DNA from: Dehalococcoidia bacterium
GTDB lineage: Bacteria > Chloroflexota > Dehalococcoidia > Lucifugimonadales > UBA3495
DNA: 64,000 nucleotides
NCBI GenBank assembly: GCA_963664175.2
Contig: CAXXOI010000005.1
Location: 6,542 to 70,541 of the forward strand
Direction: 5' to 3'
The notes under the pieces were generated by a model. It ran no database searches, was not told the DNA's origin, and worked only from the letters and a program-made list of their open reading frames with translations. This document shows positions 63,427 to 64,000 of the stretch, one piece after another (positions within the stretch are counted from its first letter, which is position 1; every line of letters starts with the position of its first letter). The translations under genes and the position numbers were made by a program.

Positions 63427-63439
63427 CTGTGCGGGCCCA

Positions 63440-64000
63440 CTACAAGTTCAAGGACGGTTCGTCGTAGTCCTTCAGCTTGTTGTAGATCTGAAGCCGGTGA
63501 TGGTAGGACTCCAGGACGATGATCCGGTCGTCGACGTCAACGTTCACGGCCACCGGTCGCCGGAACCGCCATTCGGGCTCCAGATCCGTCCGCCGCCTGG
63601 CCTTGACGATATCCGGATTGGCGTCGATGTAGGTCTGGGCCCACGGCGAAGGCTCCTGGGCATCACCGACCAGCGCCGTAATGTATTGGCCGTCGGGCGC
63701 GTAGATCTGAACGCGGTGATTACCCCAGTCAGTTACGTACACATCCCCATCGGAGTCCACGGCCACACCGGATGGCCCCTTGAGAGAGCCCACTCCGGTG
63801 CCGGAGCCCTCGAACTTGACGAGCATCTCCCCATCGGGGGAGAACTTTTGCACCCGGTTATTTCCCCAGTCTGCGACGTAGATGTTGTCCTGACGGTCGA
63901 CGCAGATGCCCCAGGGCATCTCCAGTTCGCCGTCCCCGCCTCCGCGCGTCCCGAACCCGGACTGGAACTCGCCGATCTGGCTGAAGCCTTGCACCCGGTG
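63440..64000 (-). CDS. NHL-repeat protein; N-terminus runs off the window
   Basis: Repeated ...VADWGNNRVQKFSPDGE... and ...VTDWGNHRVQIYAPDGQ... units. The frame is still open at position 64000. Confidence 0.8.
   Translation of the reverse strand, partial: HRVQGFSQIGEFQSGFGTRGGGDGELEMPWGICVDRQDNIYVADWGNNRVQKFSPDGEMLVKFEGSGTGVGSLKGPSGVAVDSDGDVYVTDWGNHRVQIYAPDGQYITALVGDAQEPSPWAQTYIDANPDIVKARRRTDLEPEWRFRRPVAVNVDVDDRIIVLESYHHRLQIYNKLKDYDEPSLNL

Overview
Gene-dense, high-GC bacterial chromosomal segment, about 60 coding regions. No rRNA, tRNA or CRISPR array was recognised by eye.

Core content:
- An Opp/Dpp-type peptide ABC operon (1-5943, minus strand) next to a NarL-type two-component system.
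- A plus-strand operon (10161-16601) encoding a MetE-like protein, a CoA-transferase, a split TPP decarboxylase and a fused amidohydrolase-amidase.
- Many catabolic and oxidoreductase paralogs: luciferase-like monooxygenases, amidohydrolases, tandem GMC oxidoreductases, alpha/beta hydrolases, an enolase-superfamily enzyme, SDR, nitrilase and NAD-formate dehydrogenase.
- An AddAB-type helicase-nuclease pair.
- This paralog-rich profile is compatible with a marine Chloroflexota (SAR202-like) genome. That is inference only and cannot be proven from the window.

Accessory or unusual content:
1. Two near-identical 880-bp IS5-family elements (9025-9904 plus, 61938-62817 minus). They are in inverted orientation 52 kb apart, each with a -1 frameshift site and CTAG flanks.
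2. A McrBC-like pair (38561-41600). Its McrB has an unrecognised N-terminal domain, and its McrC appears to have lost the canonical PD...(D/E)xK catalytic residues.
3. A lower-GC, translationally coupled two-gene module: an ABC-type (AAA_15/21-like) ATPase plus a small TOPRIM/DUF4276-like protein (42835-44660). It looks like a split OLD/PARIS-like candidate defence system.
4. A probable selenoprotein with an in-frame UGA in a U-x-x-C motif (51140-51697). The ORF track splits it into two ORFs.
5. A decayed lower-GC islet at the right end: a methyltransferase-HNH remnant and a small membrane ORF cleanly interrupted by the IS.
6. A collagen-like lipoprotein with an internal 279-bp duplication and an apparent frameshift.
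7. A 47-codon ORF with its own RBS and terminators, next to about 350 nt of unassigned structured DNA.
8. Several REP/MITE-like intergenic repeat families.

All family assignments come from motif recognition by eye. No database search was run.
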